Assembly: GCA_965204745.1 (NCBI GenBank) | Contig: OZ242010.1 | Coordinates: 3,872,001 to 3,936,000, forward strand | Length of the DNA stretch: 64,000 nt | DNA from: Candidatus Latescibacterota bacterium | GTDB taxonomy: Bacteria > Latescibacterota > UBA2968 | Direction of reading: 5' to 3' | Made by a program: the position numbers and the translations under genes | Part shown: positions 38,152-48,144 of the stretch, in pieces | Layout: each line of letters starts with the position of its first letter | Position numbering within the stretch: position 1 is the first letter of the stretch | The notes under the pieces: model-generated | Database searches by the model: none | Told to the model about the DNA's origin: nothing | The model's input: only the letters and a program-made list of their open reading frames with translations

Positions 38152-38576
38152 CGGGGTTGGGCGAGGCGGACTGACTACTGACTACTGACTACTTGGGGGT
38201 TGGGCGAGGCTGTCTCACCTCTCCCGTCTCACCTCTCCCGTCTCACCTCTTACCGAAAGGGGTTGGGCAGGGTAGGGACTGACCACTGACCACTGGCTAC
38301 TGACAACTTGGGGGTTGGGCGGGGTAGTCTCACCTCTCACCTCTCCCGTCTCACCTCTCCCGTCTCACCTCTTACCGAAGGGAGTTGGGCGGGGTAGGGA
38401 CTGACCACTGACCACTGACTACTTGGGGGTTGGGCGGGGTAGTCTCACCTCTCACCTCTCCCGTCTCACCTCTTACCGAAGGGGGTTGGGCAGGGTAGGG
38501 ACTGACTACTGACAACTGACTACTGACTACTTGGTGGTTGGGCGAGGCAGGGTAGGGACTGACCACTGACCACTGG
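38152..38576 (+). repeat. Composite array: GGGGTTGGGCRRGG anchors alternating with two heptamer families
   Basis: Eight anchors, each followed by an (ACTGACH)n or (TCTCACC/TCTCCCG)n block. Confidence 0.9.
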
Positions 38577-38583
38577 ACGCGAT

Positions 38584-38922
38584 ATGTTTGAAACCGATAT
38601 CCTCGACAGAGTGCTGAAAACGCGGCGCGAACAGAGAAATCGAGAGCGGATCGCGCTGATTGGACGGGTGGCTGTTGCGTTGCGCGTTTGTCGAGACAGG
38701 TATGGCCTGCGCGAGGCATGGGTCGTTGGGTCGTTGCTTTTTGCAGATCGATGGGATGAGATGTCCGATGTCGATGTGGCGATTGGCGGGGTTTCAGATC
38801 GCGTTTTAGACGTGATGCAGGTCGTGGAAGACGCTGTTGCGCGAGATGTCGATGTGATCGATCTGGATTCGCACATGTCGGCAGACCGCTTTCGGCGGCG
38901 AGGAATGAAAATCTATGGATGA
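38584..38922 (+). CDS. Minimal nucleotidyltransferase (MNT) antitoxin
   Basis: VVGS...SDVDVAI, VDVIDL motifs; overlaps the HEPN gene. Confidence 0.85.
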   Translation: MFETDILDRVLKTRREQRNRERIALIGRVAVALRVCRDRYGLREAWVVGSLLFADRWDEMSDVDVAIGGVSDRVLDVMQVVEDAVARDVDVIDLDSHMSADRFRRRGMKIYG

Positions 38923-39376
38923 AGCCCGATACGCCCTTTTGAAGGCCGAAGTGGATGATCTCTGTCAGCAGGTCGATCAGGTGTATGCGCGCATTGAGGC
39001 GCGGCGTTCCCAGTTTGTCGATCAGGCGGAAAGCCTCGACAGCATGGGCTACCAACTCCACAACCTCTATTGCGCCTTTGAGCAAGTGTTTGAAGCGATT
39101 GCCCAATTTTTTGAGAATCACATTGAGAGTGGGCGTTATCACACGAATTTGTTGCGCCGCATGCGCCTGACGATTGAGGGCATTCGCCCGGCATGGATAT
39201 CCGAGGAGGCATTCCCCCTTTTGGATGAATTGCGCCGGTTTCGACATTTTTTTCGACATGCGTACGTTTCGGAATTACAATTTGAAAAACTCGCGCATCT
39301 CGTGGAAGTTGCCGTGCAGTTGCGGGACGTTTTCCAACGTGACCGCGAACAATTTTTTGCAAAATTGAAGCCATGA
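38915..39376 (+). CDS. HEPN-domain (HepT-like) toxin
   Basis: LHNLY, RHFFRH (R-x4-H) RNase motif. Confidence 0.85.
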   Translation: MDEARYALLKAEVDDLCQQVDQVYARIEARRSQFVDQAESLDSMGYQLHNLYCAFEQVFEAIAQFFENHIESGRYHTNLLRRMRLTIEGIRPAWISEEAFPLLDELRRFRHFFRHAYVSELQFEKLAHLVEVAVQLRDVFQRDREQFFAKLKP

Positions 39377-39431
39377 ATCATGGCGAACTCCAAGTTGAGA
39401 ATGAGTTGGCCTTAAGATATGCCGAAAAAGA

Positions 39432-40112
39432 TCACGTCAAGGCGGCCAAGCAAGCGTGCGTGTGTGGGAGGGGGTCTATGCCTGTGGCGAGTTGGGTGGC
39501 GCGTGCGTGCGCGAGGAGGAGGTCGAGGTCGTCGGGCGTATCCACGTCGAACCACGGGGGAAGTAGGCCGAGGGTCTTGCCTGCGTGCTTAATTCGGTCA
39601 ATGGTTTGCGACAAGACTTTGGGCGTGCTCCATTCGACGTGGTCGAAAATTTCCGGCGCGGGTTGCGAGACCCCGACGAGGTAGTAGCCGCCATCTGTGC
39701 TGGGGCCTAAGACGACATCGTTGCCCTGCAACAGGTCGAATGCGTGGGCAATGTGGTGGGCGGGAAGAGAGGGGATATCCGTGCCGATGAGAACGGCGGC
39801 TGTTGCCCCGGCGTGAAGTTGTTGCATCAGCGCGTTGTGCATGCGGGTGCCGAGGTCCGCCCGCGCTTGGGGGGTGTACTGCCAAGTGGCACGCCGCTCG
39901 TCACCGCAAAGGATTCGGATATCAATTTCCGAATCGGGCGGGTCAAAGGCGATGACCCGATGATCGATGTCAACGCTTTCCGCCCGTTCCAACACGTCAT
40001 GCACAAACGCAGCGTAGAGCACCGCGACCTGCTCGGGTGCATAGCGCGTTTGCAAGCGCGTTTTAACGGTGCCGGGGATTGGATTTTTGACAAAGACGAT
40101 GAGGGATTTCAT
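39432..40112 (-). CDS. DUF2064/TIGR04282-family glycosyltransferase-like protein
   Basis: KNPIPGTVKTRL, IGTDIP, GPSTDGGYYL, DVDTPDDL. Confidence 0.88.
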   Translation of the reverse strand: MKSLIVFVKNPIPGTVKTRLQTRYAPEQVAVLYAAFVHDVLERAESVDIDHRVIAFDPPDSEIDIRILCGDERRATWQYTPQARADLGTRMHNALMQQLHAGATAAVLIGTDIPSLPAHHIAHAFDLLQGNDVVLGPSTDGGYYLVGVSQPAPEIFDHVEWSTPKVLSQTIDRIKHAGKTLGLLPPWFDVDTPDDLDLLLAHARATQLATGIDPLPHTHACLAALT

Positions 40113-40336
40113 GGGAGGCGAGCGGTGATACCAATTTAAGTTTCAAAATTTTTTTATAGAGCAGACAACTCGGGGCGAGAAAGGAGAAATTCTAACGTGT
40201 CATATTATCGCACTGCACGGGATTTAATCGCAAAGTTGATCAAAAATTACGAGGAAAATGCGATTCATGCCGCATTGCTTCAACACCAAATGCCGAACCC
40301 AACTGGCGAAAAAGTCCAAAGGTTATGCGAAAAAAA

Positions 40337-41359
40337 TTAACGCAACAATTCCTCTGCATACGCAAACAGCGCGGGCGTGCCGCCGGTGTGGACGAGCACC
40401 ACGGTTTCATCCTTGCCGATCTCGCCTCGGTTGACCATATCGATCAAACCCGCGAGTGCCTTTGCCGTGTAAATCGGCTCTAACAAAATCCCCTCGTGCC
40501 GCGCCATCAGCCGCAACGCCGCATTCCCCTCGGGCGTGCAATACCCGTATCCATCCTCTCCGACATACCGATCCGTATTTTCGATCATCGCGTCGTCAAA
40601 CGCGACATCCAGATCCAAAACCTCTGCCATGCGCTGCAACACGCCCAAGAACGCGGCTTTGATATCGTAGGACCACACAATGGGCCGGATGCCCACGATG
40701 CGTACATCCAACCCCAAGGCGGCTTTGCCAAAGATGAGGCCCGGCTGGGTGCAACTGCCCGAACACAGGACGACGGTTGTGGGCGTCTCGCCTATCGCGT
40801 CGAACTGATCCATCATCTCGGCCATGCACAGCGCGTACCCCATCGCGCCAAACGGCCGGTTGGCCGCCTGCATCACCACAAAGGGCTTTCGGCCTTCGCG
40901 CTCAAATTTTGCGAATAGGGCGCGTTTGGCATCGTCCAACAACTCCTGCGTTTCAACAGCCACCAGTTCAACATCCGCGCCCAACAAATCGTCCAACAGC
41001 AAATTGCCCTGCGCGCTGTCGCTTTTGTGATCCTTCACCAAGACCAGCGCGCAACCCATCCCCAGCTTTGCCGATGCTGCCGCCAACTGCCGGCTGTGAT
41101 TGGACTGCGACCCCGCCCCGCCGATCAACACATCCGCACCTTGTGCCAAGCCCTGCGCGATAGTGAACTCCAACTGCCGCGTCTTGTTGCCCCCAAACGC
41201 CAGCCCGGTGCAATCATCGCGCTTGACGTAAATTTTCGGCCCGCCAATCGCCTCTGTCAACCGCCCACAAAAATCCATCGGCGTGGGCAAATGCCCGAGC
41301 AACACGCGCGGCACCTCGCCGATGCGCGTCCTCAATTCGTCTCGAGAAATCACAGGCAT
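40337..41359 (-). CDS. D-cysteine desulfhydrase/ACC deaminase family PLP enzyme
   Basis: KRDDCTGLAFGGNKTR, QSNH, EPIYTAK, HTGG. Confidence 0.9.
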   Translation of the reverse strand: MPVISRDELRTRIGEVPRVLLGHLPTPMDFCGRLTEAIGGPKIYVKRDDCTGLAFGGNKTRQLEFTIAQGLAQGADVLIGGAGSQSNHSRQLAAASAKLGMGCALVLVKDHKSDSAQGNLLLDDLLGADVELVAVETQELLDDAKRALFAKFEREGRKPFVVMQAANRPFGAMGYALCMAEMMDQFDAIGETPTTVVLCSGSCTQPGLIFGKAALGLDVRIVGIRPIVWSYDIKAAFLGVLQRMAEVLDLDVAFDDAMIENTDRYVGEDGYGYCTPEGNAALRLMARHEGILLEPIYTAKALAGLIDMVNRGEIGKDETVVLVHTGGTPALFAYAEELLR

Positions 41360-41410
41360 AACAGAAACCTCCGAAAAGCAACCGCAGATGATTTGACGTA
41401 CTCCAACGGC

Positions 41411-42202
41411 CTATTCTCTATAATCGGCCCAGGCCCTGAACATCTGATAGAGGAGTGTCGGCGACAAGGTTCGTCTTTGCACCATCTTCTTGGCGGCAAA
41501 TGCAAATATAAAAAGAGGGGCCAGTTTGCCATAGATGCGTTTCATGGCCGCTCCCTTGGAGTACATCAAGTTTATGTCGATGGCGCCGCGCGATGCTGTC
41601 GAGTCCATCGGATGGAACGAGATGATGTCGGGGACGAAGATGATCTTCAGCCCCCTGCGGAGTGCGTCTGCCAGAAATATGGGCTCTTCGTCTGAAATGT
41701 ACATGGAGCCACCACCGAATGCTTCGGCGAAATACAGGGCGACCTCTCGGACGCGAGACAGTCGGAAGGCGATTTCCGGTGCCCGGACTTTCCAGATGCT
41801 GATCAGGGAGTGTGGCCGGGGCTGGCGCGGATACGGTTTGCGTAGCACCCCGTCGGGGGCCGTCTTCTCCATGAAGGTGATGATGTCCGCTTCAGGGAAC
41901 CTGGCAAAAGCGTCCTCCACGCGATCACATACGTCGGGAACATAGACCTGATCGTCGTCGCCGATCAGGCAAATCTCCGCCGACGCCAGATCAATCGCCC
42001 GGTTGCGGCTGCGCGACACACCGCGTTCGCGCCGTTCGTCGAAGGCAGCGAACCCAGCGGCGGTGGATCGGTCATAACGTTTGCATGTTGTCTCGTCCCC
42101 ACCTTGGGGGATGAGTTGGTTGACCACGACGCAGATGTTCGGATCCACGCCCGCCCTCGCCGAGTCGAAGCGAGCGTTCACTGAGGACATGAGGATCTGC
42201 AT
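41411..42202 (-). CDS. Glycosyltransferase family 2
   Basis: VVVNQ, GVSRSRN, IGDDD. Confidence 0.82.
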   Translation of the reverse strand: MQILMSSVNARFDSARAGVDPNICVVVNQLIPQGGDETTCKRYDRSTAAGFAAFDERRERGVSRSRNRAIDLASAEICLIGDDDQVYVPDVCDRVEDAFARFPEADIITFMEKTAPDGVLRKPYPRQPRPHSLISIWKVRAPEIAFRLSRVREVALYFAEAFGGGSMYISDEEPIFLADALRRGLKIIFVPDIISFHPMDSTASRGAIDINLMYSKGAAMKRIYGKLAPLFIFAFAAKKMVQRRTLSPTLLYQMFRAWADYRE

Positions 42203-42338
42203 AAGGCAAGCTCCATACGAGGTTTTGTATGCAATGTTGCGCGTCAATTAAGCACTATCTTCAAGCACGCCAAATGCTCGAAACGAGATTTTAGTGCCCA
42301 ATCAAGAGGAATATCTACGTGCATCTCGTTTCTCCTGC

Positions 42339-43073
42339 TCATCTGCACCATTGGGAGTACAGCGCGTCGAATCTTCGTCGAGCTGCGTCGTAAATTGAAT
42401 AATTCGCACATTGAGTGGCTCGCACTGCTTCTTTTTCTTTTGCGCTGAATTTGTCTGGAATCGCTTCGTTGACGTTGAGCCTGTGATACGGAATGTCAAT
42501 CCCGAAGATCGCCGAAAAAAGAACCAAACTGGCTTCGTATTCTTCCGTTATCCCGACGAAGGCGAATCGGTCCATTGGCACGCCACCCATCATCAACGCA
42601 TAGTACGATCTATGACGAGGTCGAGACGCGTACTGCCCGAGTGTCAAAAACCGGCCAGGTACTTTATATTTTTTTTTCGAGCGAAATAGGGACACGTACA
42701 ACTTGGAGGTCAGGAATTTGCCTCTGTATCTGGTATGCCAAAACTGCGGCTGGGGCCTCAACGAGTAGCGATATTGCGAGATAATCCGATCGGTCGGATC
42801 GCGAAAAAAGGCGCATAAGATGGCGCGATCTCCCAGCGGCAAGTATTTGGACGAGACAAAATGGCCGTGGACCGCGTCGTAACTCGCAATCAGTCTGTCT
42901 GTCTGAAAGCGAACCGCGAGACGACCTCGCCAGCGTTTTGGCCAAGAGTAGATAGGAGGCCCCAAAGGCATGTCCTCCCCGTAGTCGAGCAACAGACGTT
43001 TCCCAAAGTGGCTCTTAAGGCCCTTTCTGAAACTGCTACCGGCTGTCTTTTGCATGTGAACGGAAACGATCAT
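42339..43073 (-). CDS. Sulfotransferase family protein
   Basis: HMQKTAGSSF (5'-PSB), GHF, FRDP.DR..SQY, FVGITE. Confidence 0.82.
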   Translation of the reverse strand: MIVSVHMQKTAGSSFRKGLKSHFGKRLLLDYGEDMPLGPPIYSWPKRWRGRLAVRFQTDRLIASYDAVHGHFVSSKYLPLGDRAILCAFFRDPTDRIISQYRYSLRPQPQFWHTRYRGKFLTSKLYVSLFRSKKKYKVPGRFLTLGQYASRPRHRSYYALMMGGVPMDRFAFVGITEEYEASLVLFSAIFGIDIPYHRLNVNEAIPDKFSAKEKEAVRATQCANYSIYDAARRRFDALYSQWCR

Positions 43074-43144
43074 TTGTCGAAGCCTCGAAAATATGCTACC
43101 CGTCGCGCTTGACCTTGGGCATCGCCGCGTGCCCATCCAGAAGT

Positions 43145-44092
43145 TCAAGACCGCTCATCGTCAGAGCGATGAGAGGCGACAAAAATAGCCGTCTTCGTTG
43201 CGAGGTCTGTCGCCTCCATGCCGCGGAACTGTTCTGCTAGTTCCAAGGCACCCCGCTCGATGAGGTTGAGGGCACGTATATCGACAGAGGTATCAACGGC
43301 GAGAATGTCGAATCCGCAATGCTCAAAGATGCGGCGGTAGTCGGACACACGCAGTCGGTTCAAGTACATCAATGCACTGCTGTAGCGACCGTATGTCTCT
43401 TTATCGAACTTTAAGAAGTTGACAGCAGAGATGGTCGGATCGGATGATGCAAAATGATCGGCGAGATCGATCTGATGCACGCAAAGGCCGCCCGGTTTGA
43501 GCAATCGCTTGGCCGTTTCCAACATGCGGTGAAGCGATTTCGGCGAAAAATGTTCCAAACAGTTGTTGGAGCAATGGAGATCAAACTGCTGATCGGACAA
43601 GTCGAGATCGCAGGCATCAGCCGGCGCGAGATAGGAAATATTGCACAGGTCCATTATCTGTTTGACCAACTTTTTCGGCGATTTCGCGTTCAATGCCAGC
43701 AACTCGTCAAGTCGGTCCCCTGCCCTCGCAGGCAACACTTCAGCCAACCATGCCCTGTGAGACCGGTACCAGTTGATATGGGAGCGCACGCGCACAGGCA
43801 TGATATTGCGATGCAAATCGACACTTGTGATCCGATCAGCACCGAGGAGCCACAAGATAATGGGCAGGTTCATTCTTTGGCCCGTTCCGATCTCTACAAT
43901 TGTCGCACCTCGCAAACACCCATACATCTGAATCGCATCGGCTAAAGTAAGTACGCTTTTAATGTGCTCCTTTGGCGAGCGCGGGCAATACAAGTGGTAG
44001 AGCCATTGAATCTGACGATAGCAGGTTCGGGCCAGTGGCAGAGGCAACGTTGCTATCGCCTTCTGTAATTTTGCCTTGGTTGTCCATTTCAT
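43145..44092 (-). CDS. Class I SAM-dependent methyltransferase
   Basis: VEIGTG, SNNCLEH, LKPGG..HQIDLADH, LNRLR. Confidence 0.85.
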   Translation of the reverse strand: MKWTTKAKLQKAIATLPLPLARTCYRQIQWLYHLYCPRSPKEHIKSVLTLADAIQMYGCLRGATIVEIGTGQRMNLPIILWLLGADRITSVDLHRNIMPVRVRSHINWYRSHRAWLAEVLPARAGDRLDELLALNAKSPKKLVKQIMDLCNISYLAPADACDLDLSDQQFDLHCSNNCLEHFSPKSLHRMLETAKRLLKPGGLCVHQIDLADHFASSDPTISAVNFLKFDKETYGRYSSALMYLNRLRVSDYRRIFEHCGFDILAVDTSVDIRALNLIERGALELAEQFRGMEATDLATKTAIFVASHRSDDERS

Positions 44093-44129
44093 ACCGCAAA
44101 ACGCTCCGGAGAAATGACCCTTGTAGCCT

Positions 44130-45164
44130 TTATGTCGGCTTTTGGGGACGGTCGAGTGATGGATCGGGTTGGGCGCAAAAGAAGAAACCGATCCCCCAAC
44201 ACAAGTGCATCGTCACCAAAACCACTGGAAGGATGACCGCGGCGATGTCCCGGCGGCAGATGCCCACGACAACAGCACCTACGATCAACGCAGTGGCGTA
44301 GAGAAGCGGCAACACCATCGCCACAGACGAAAAGCCGGCCAATGCCAACAGGGCAGAGCCAACCAAACCCAATGCGATCAATGGGGCTACGAGATGGCGA
44401 ACCCGCAGTTCGGTCAAATTGCGCTTCAGAATCACCGGCTTCCAGCGGCCATAATCGAAATACTGCCGGGCCAAGGCCCGAAGATTGCCGCGCGGGCGAT
44501 AGAAAGCCGTCATAGCCGGATCGAACCACACCACCTCGCCACCCCGGCGCAGACGCCAGTTGAGTTCTGCATCTTGTCCTCGGCTCAGTGCCGGATCGAA
44601 TCCTCCCACGGCTTCCAGCGCGTCGCGCCGGTACACGCCCAAATAAAAATTGTCAACCGGGCCTTCGGCACCGCCCAAGCGATAGCGCGCATCGCCCGCG
44701 CCCAGCGGCGTGCTGATCGCCAACCCAACAGCGCGTTCAAAAAGGGTATCGCCAACGGGCCGTTGCCGACCGCCCACGACTGCTGCCCCCGTCCTCATCA
44801 GCGACTCAACCCCTCGCTGCAAGTAATCCGGCGGGAGCGTCGCATGGCAGTCGCACCGCACCACGATCTGCCCGCTCGCCTCCTCGAGTGCTGCGTTGAG
44901 CCCGTTGGGCGTGGTCTGTTCCGGGTTGGGGACGATCTGCACGGCTGGGTACTGTTGCCTGACCACCTCTGCCGTCGCCGGGGAATCCGACCCATCGGCG
45001 ACGATCACCTCTATCGCGCCCGCGTAATCCTGCGCCATTACGGAATCGAGCGTGGATGAGATACTGGCTTCGGCATTGCGGGCTGGAATGATCACAGACA
45101 CCAACGGAAGTGTTGCGGAATTTTCATTGGGGCAACCGCTCATGGATTCGACCTTTCCCGTCAC
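44130..45164 (-). CDS. Glycosyltransferase family 2 (ExoA-like)
   Basis: VSVIIPARN, DGSD, RCDCH, QDAELNWRL, C-terminal TMs. Confidence 0.88.
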   Translation of the reverse strand: MTGKVESMSGCPNENSATLPLVSVIIPARNAEASISSTLDSVMAQDYAGAIEVIVADGSDSPATAEVVRQQYPAVQIVPNPEQTTPNGLNAALEEASGQIVVRCDCHATLPPDYLQRGVESLMRTGAAVVGGRQRPVGDTLFERAVGLAISTPLGAGDARYRLGGAEGPVDNFYLGVYRRDALEAVGGFDPALSRGQDAELNWRLRRGGEVVWFDPAMTAFYRPRGNLRALARQYFDYGRWKPVILKRNLTELRVRHLVAPLIALGLVGSALLALAGFSSVAMVLPLLYATALIVGAVVVGICRRDIAAVILPVVLVTMHLCWGIGFFFCAQPDPSLDRPQKPT

Positions 45165-45176
45165 CCTTCGGCGAAT

Positions 45177-45812
45177 TTACCAGAGACTCGCACTGCACGC
45201 GGCCCACGCGCCGAGGATGGTCCGCCGCAAGACCCCAAAGCCTGCCCGCCACAAGAGGCCGAGGTCCGTAAAAAAGGTGCGGCGCGCCAAGTAATCGAGA
45301 TCCAAGCGCAATTTATCGGGCATGACCACATTGAGGTAATATTCTTCTAGGCTTTCGCCAGATCGCTCCAGAAGTTCTTCTTCGCGCAGGTACGCGACAT
45401 TGGCCGCGCTGACGAGCCCGGGCGAGTTGTCGAAAACCCGGCGTTGCTCTGCCGTGTAATGGGCAAAATACCGAGGGTCTTGGGGCCGCGACCCGACCAT
45501 GCTCATCTCGCCTTTTAGGACATTCCAAAGTTGGGGCAATTCGTCCAACTTGTTCCGCCGCAAAATCTGGCCCACGGGTGTGATGCGCGGGTCGCCCGCT
45601 CGCGTAATCCGAGGCCCAAACGGCCCGCCCGCCCACATCGAGCGAAACTTATACATCACAAAGGTTTGCCCATCCTTGCCAATGCGAACAGCGCGATACA
45701 GCACCGGGCCAGGCGAGGTCGACTTAACCAACAATGCCAAGCCCAAAAACACGGGCGAGAGCAAAACGAGACAACCGCCGGCCACGACACAATCAAAAAC
45801 GCGCTTCGCCAT
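45177..45812 (-). CDS. Priming sugar transferase (undecaprenyl-phosphate glycosylphosphotransferase)
   Basis: KRVFD, YKFRSM, DPRITPVG, LDELPQLWNVLKGEMS. Confidence 0.9.
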   Translation of the reverse strand: MAKRVFDCVVAGGCLVLLSPVFLGLALLVKSTSPGPVLYRAVRIGKDGQTFVMYKFRSMWAGGPFGPRITRAGDPRITPVGQILRRNKLDELPQLWNVLKGEMSMVGSRPQDPRYFAHYTAEQRRVFDNSPGLVSAANVAYLREEELLERSGESLEEYYLNVVMPDKLRLDLDYLARRTFFTDLGLLWRAGFGVLRRTILGAWAACSASLW

Positions 45813-46801
45813 CAGCGGCCTCGCTCGGTGATATTTCCCTTTTGATCGGTGGCCGCGAACCCCAGTCGCTCCTTGATCAAGTAGAGCGGCCGTCTTTTCA
45901 CCTCGCCGTAGATGCGCCCCAAGTATTCGCCCATAATGCCGATGAACACGAGTTGCACGCCGCCAAAAAATACGATGGCGATGAACAGCAAGGTCCAGCC
46001 GGTGATCCAGATGTCGAAAAAAATGCGGAGGCCGAGCGCGTACGCAATACCCAACAGAGCCAGGCCAGAAGTGCAAAAACCGCCATAAGTCGCCAAGCGC
46101 AACGGCACCATGGAAAACGATAAAATGCCGTCAATGGCCAAGCGTAGCATCTTTCTGAACGAGTATTTGGTCTCGCCCGCGGTCCGAACCGCCCGCCGAT
46201 AGGGCACCGGCTCTTGGCGAAAGCCGGTCCACGCCACCATGCCGCGCATAAGTCGGTCGCGTTCTGGCATGGCGAGAAAGGCATTGACCACCTTGCGATC
46301 CATCAGCCGAAAATCGCCCGTATCGACCGGGATGGCGACATCGGCGATTCGATTGATGAGGCGATAAAACGCACTAGCGGTCCAGCGTTTGAAAGTCGTC
46401 TCGCCCTCGCGTTCCGTGCGGAGGCCATAAGCGACATCCACCCCTTCGCGCCAGTGCTCGAGCATTTCGAGAATGACGGCGGGCGGGTCTTGCAAATCCG
46501 AGTCGATGATGACCACGGCGTCGCCCTCGGCGCATTGCAGTCCGGCGGTCACGGCGATCTGTTGGCCGAAATTGCGCGACAAGGCGAGCACGCGCACGCG
46601 CTCATCCCTGCGTTGCAACCCCCGCAAAAGTTTCAGCGTGGCATCGCGGCTGCCATCATCGACATAAATGAGTTCAAAGTCGAGTTCGGGAACTTTCTCA
46701 AGCGCGGCGACGAGACCGCGATGCGTCTCGCGGATGACCGCCTCTTCGTTAAAACAGGGCACGACGACGGATAAGAGATTGAGGGCGCGTTCCTTTATCA
46801 T
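45812..46801 (-). CDS. GT2 polyprenyl-phosphate glycosyltransferase (GtrB/ArnC-like)
   Basis: VDDGSRD, RNFGQQ, DSDLQDPP, two C-terminal TMs. Confidence 0.9.
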   Translation of the reverse strand: MIKERALNLLSVVVPCFNEEAVIRETHRGLVAALEKVPELDFELIYVDDGSRDATLKLLRGLQRRDERVRVLALSRNFGQQIAVTAGLQCAEGDAVVIIDSDLQDPPAVILEMLEHWREGVDVAYGLRTEREGETTFKRWTASAFYRLINRIADVAIPVDTGDFRLMDRKVVNAFLAMPERDRLMRGMVAWTGFRQEPVPYRRAVRTAGETKYSFRKMLRLAIDGILSFSMVPLRLATYGGFCTSGLALLGIAYALGLRIFFDIWITGWTLLFIAIVFFGGVQLVFIGIMGEYLGRIYGEVKRRPLYLIKERLGFAATDQKGNITERGR

Positions 46802-48132
46802 TTTTTTTCTTCCTCCAACATCGCCGCAAAGGCCCGGGCCGCTTCTCGTCCCTGTTGGATCGCGTAGTTCGTACCCCGGTCCTGCGGATAGATTTGCGCC
46901 ATCGTCGCCAGCAACAAATTTGCCAACGGTGTCTGCCTATCGGGAATCAGCCGGCGGTAGCCGCGCTCGACAACCGGTTGCGTGTACCGCGCACGCCAAA
47001 CATGGGCATCGAGAACGCGCTCATCCGTCAAATCCGGGAACATCCGGCGCAGGTGTTCCAACGTAAACGCGATCACCTCCTCATCCGGCATCCCATAGAC
47101 TGGATCTGTCGCGGGCAGGTACTTGGACAAATAGACGATGTGCCGTCCCGCATAAGTCGAGGCCGGCTCGAAATTCGTGTGCTCGATAACCGCCACAAAT
47201 GGGAAACTGGGATCATTGACATTTAGCCAATAAATGTCCGAAAGGCTGCGATCCAGTTCTAGCACCACGCAGATATTGGCGAGATAGCGGATGCGCCGCA
47301 GGTGTGCGACGTATTCGTCCGGCGCGTGCGGTGCCATCAGATCCGCGACTATCGGCAACGCGGTCGTGGCGATCACCCCATCGCAGGCTATGGTCGCATC
47401 GGCAGTAATGACATCCGTCACCCGCCCCTGATCCACCCGCAACTCACGCACCGCGGCCCCTGTCACGATCTCGCCTCCTTGCGCGCAAATAGCGTCCGAT
47501 AAGGCATCCGCCAGTGCGGCGAAGCCGCCCCGGTAGTACGCGAGGTGCTCTGTGCCACCCTTGCCGCGGCTACTGCCCCGCAACTTGAGTTTGTTCCAAA
47601 ACCAGACCGCGGCCACTTCTTCTGCCAAGTCCCCGAATTTTCCGCGCAGGAGCGGTTCCCAGACGACCTCGTACACGCGCTCACCGCCCAATTCCCGAAG
47701 CCAGTCCGTGGCCGTGCGGTCTTCCAAATCGCGCCAATCCCGCAATCGGCGCGCCCGCAATGCCAACAGGCCGAGCCGAATGCGGCTCCAGAACGGCAGG
47801 GCCGAGAAGCGCAGGAGATCGAGGGGCGAGGAGATCTTGAAAAATTGATGGGCGTAGTACGTGCCGACACGCGAGGGGCGCAACAAAACGCGATCCGATT
47901 GGCCCAACTCCTCAACGAGTTGCCTGACGTGGACATCGTGCGAGAGCCAGTGGTGATAGAATTTTTCGAGGCGCGTGCCGCCCGCGTTGAAACTCCCGGC
48001 CAAGCCGCCGATTTCGCTATCCCGCTCCAGCACTGTGGCGCGAATGCCGCGCTTGCCGAGTTCGTAGGCCGCTGCAAGGCCGCAAAAGCCCGCGCCGATT
48101 ACCGCGATGTGAGGCTGAGATGTCATCTGCAA
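46798..48132 (-). CDS. NAD(P)/FAD-dependent oxidoreductase (amine oxidase/PPO-like)
   Basis: GAGFCGL, GGLA, FYHH, YPQDRG. Confidence 0.85.
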   Translation of the reverse strand: MQMTSQPHIAVIGAGFCGLAAAYELGKRGIRATVLERDSEIGGLAGSFNAGGTRLEKFYHHWLSHDVHVRQLVEELGQSDRVLLRPSRVGTYYAHQFFKISSPLDLLRFSALPFWSRIRLGLLALRARRLRDWRDLEDRTATDWLRELGGERVYEVVWEPLLRGKFGDLAEEVAAVWFWNKLKLRGSSRGKGGTEHLAYYRGGFAALADALSDAICAQGGEIVTGAAVRELRVDQGRVTDVITADATIACDGVIATTALPIVADLMAPHAPDEYVAHLRRIRYLANICVVLELDRSLSDIYWLNVNDPSFPFVAVIEHTNFEPASTYAGRHIVYLSKYLPATDPVYGMPDEEVIAFTLEHLRRMFPDLTDERVLDAHVWRARYTQPVVERGYRRLIPDRQTPLANLLLATMAQIYPQDRGTNYAIQQGREAARAFAAMLEEEKK

Positions 48133-48144
48133 AGCTCCTATGGA

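Noticed and set aside
38152-38576. CRISPR array
   Set aside because: The putative spacers are themselves low-complexity heptamer repeats, the anchors are short and degenerate, and no cas genes are in the window.
38372-39259. 295-aa minus-strand ORF with repetitive C-terminus
   Set aside because: It is antisense to the MNT-HEPN pair and reads through the repeat array by chance.
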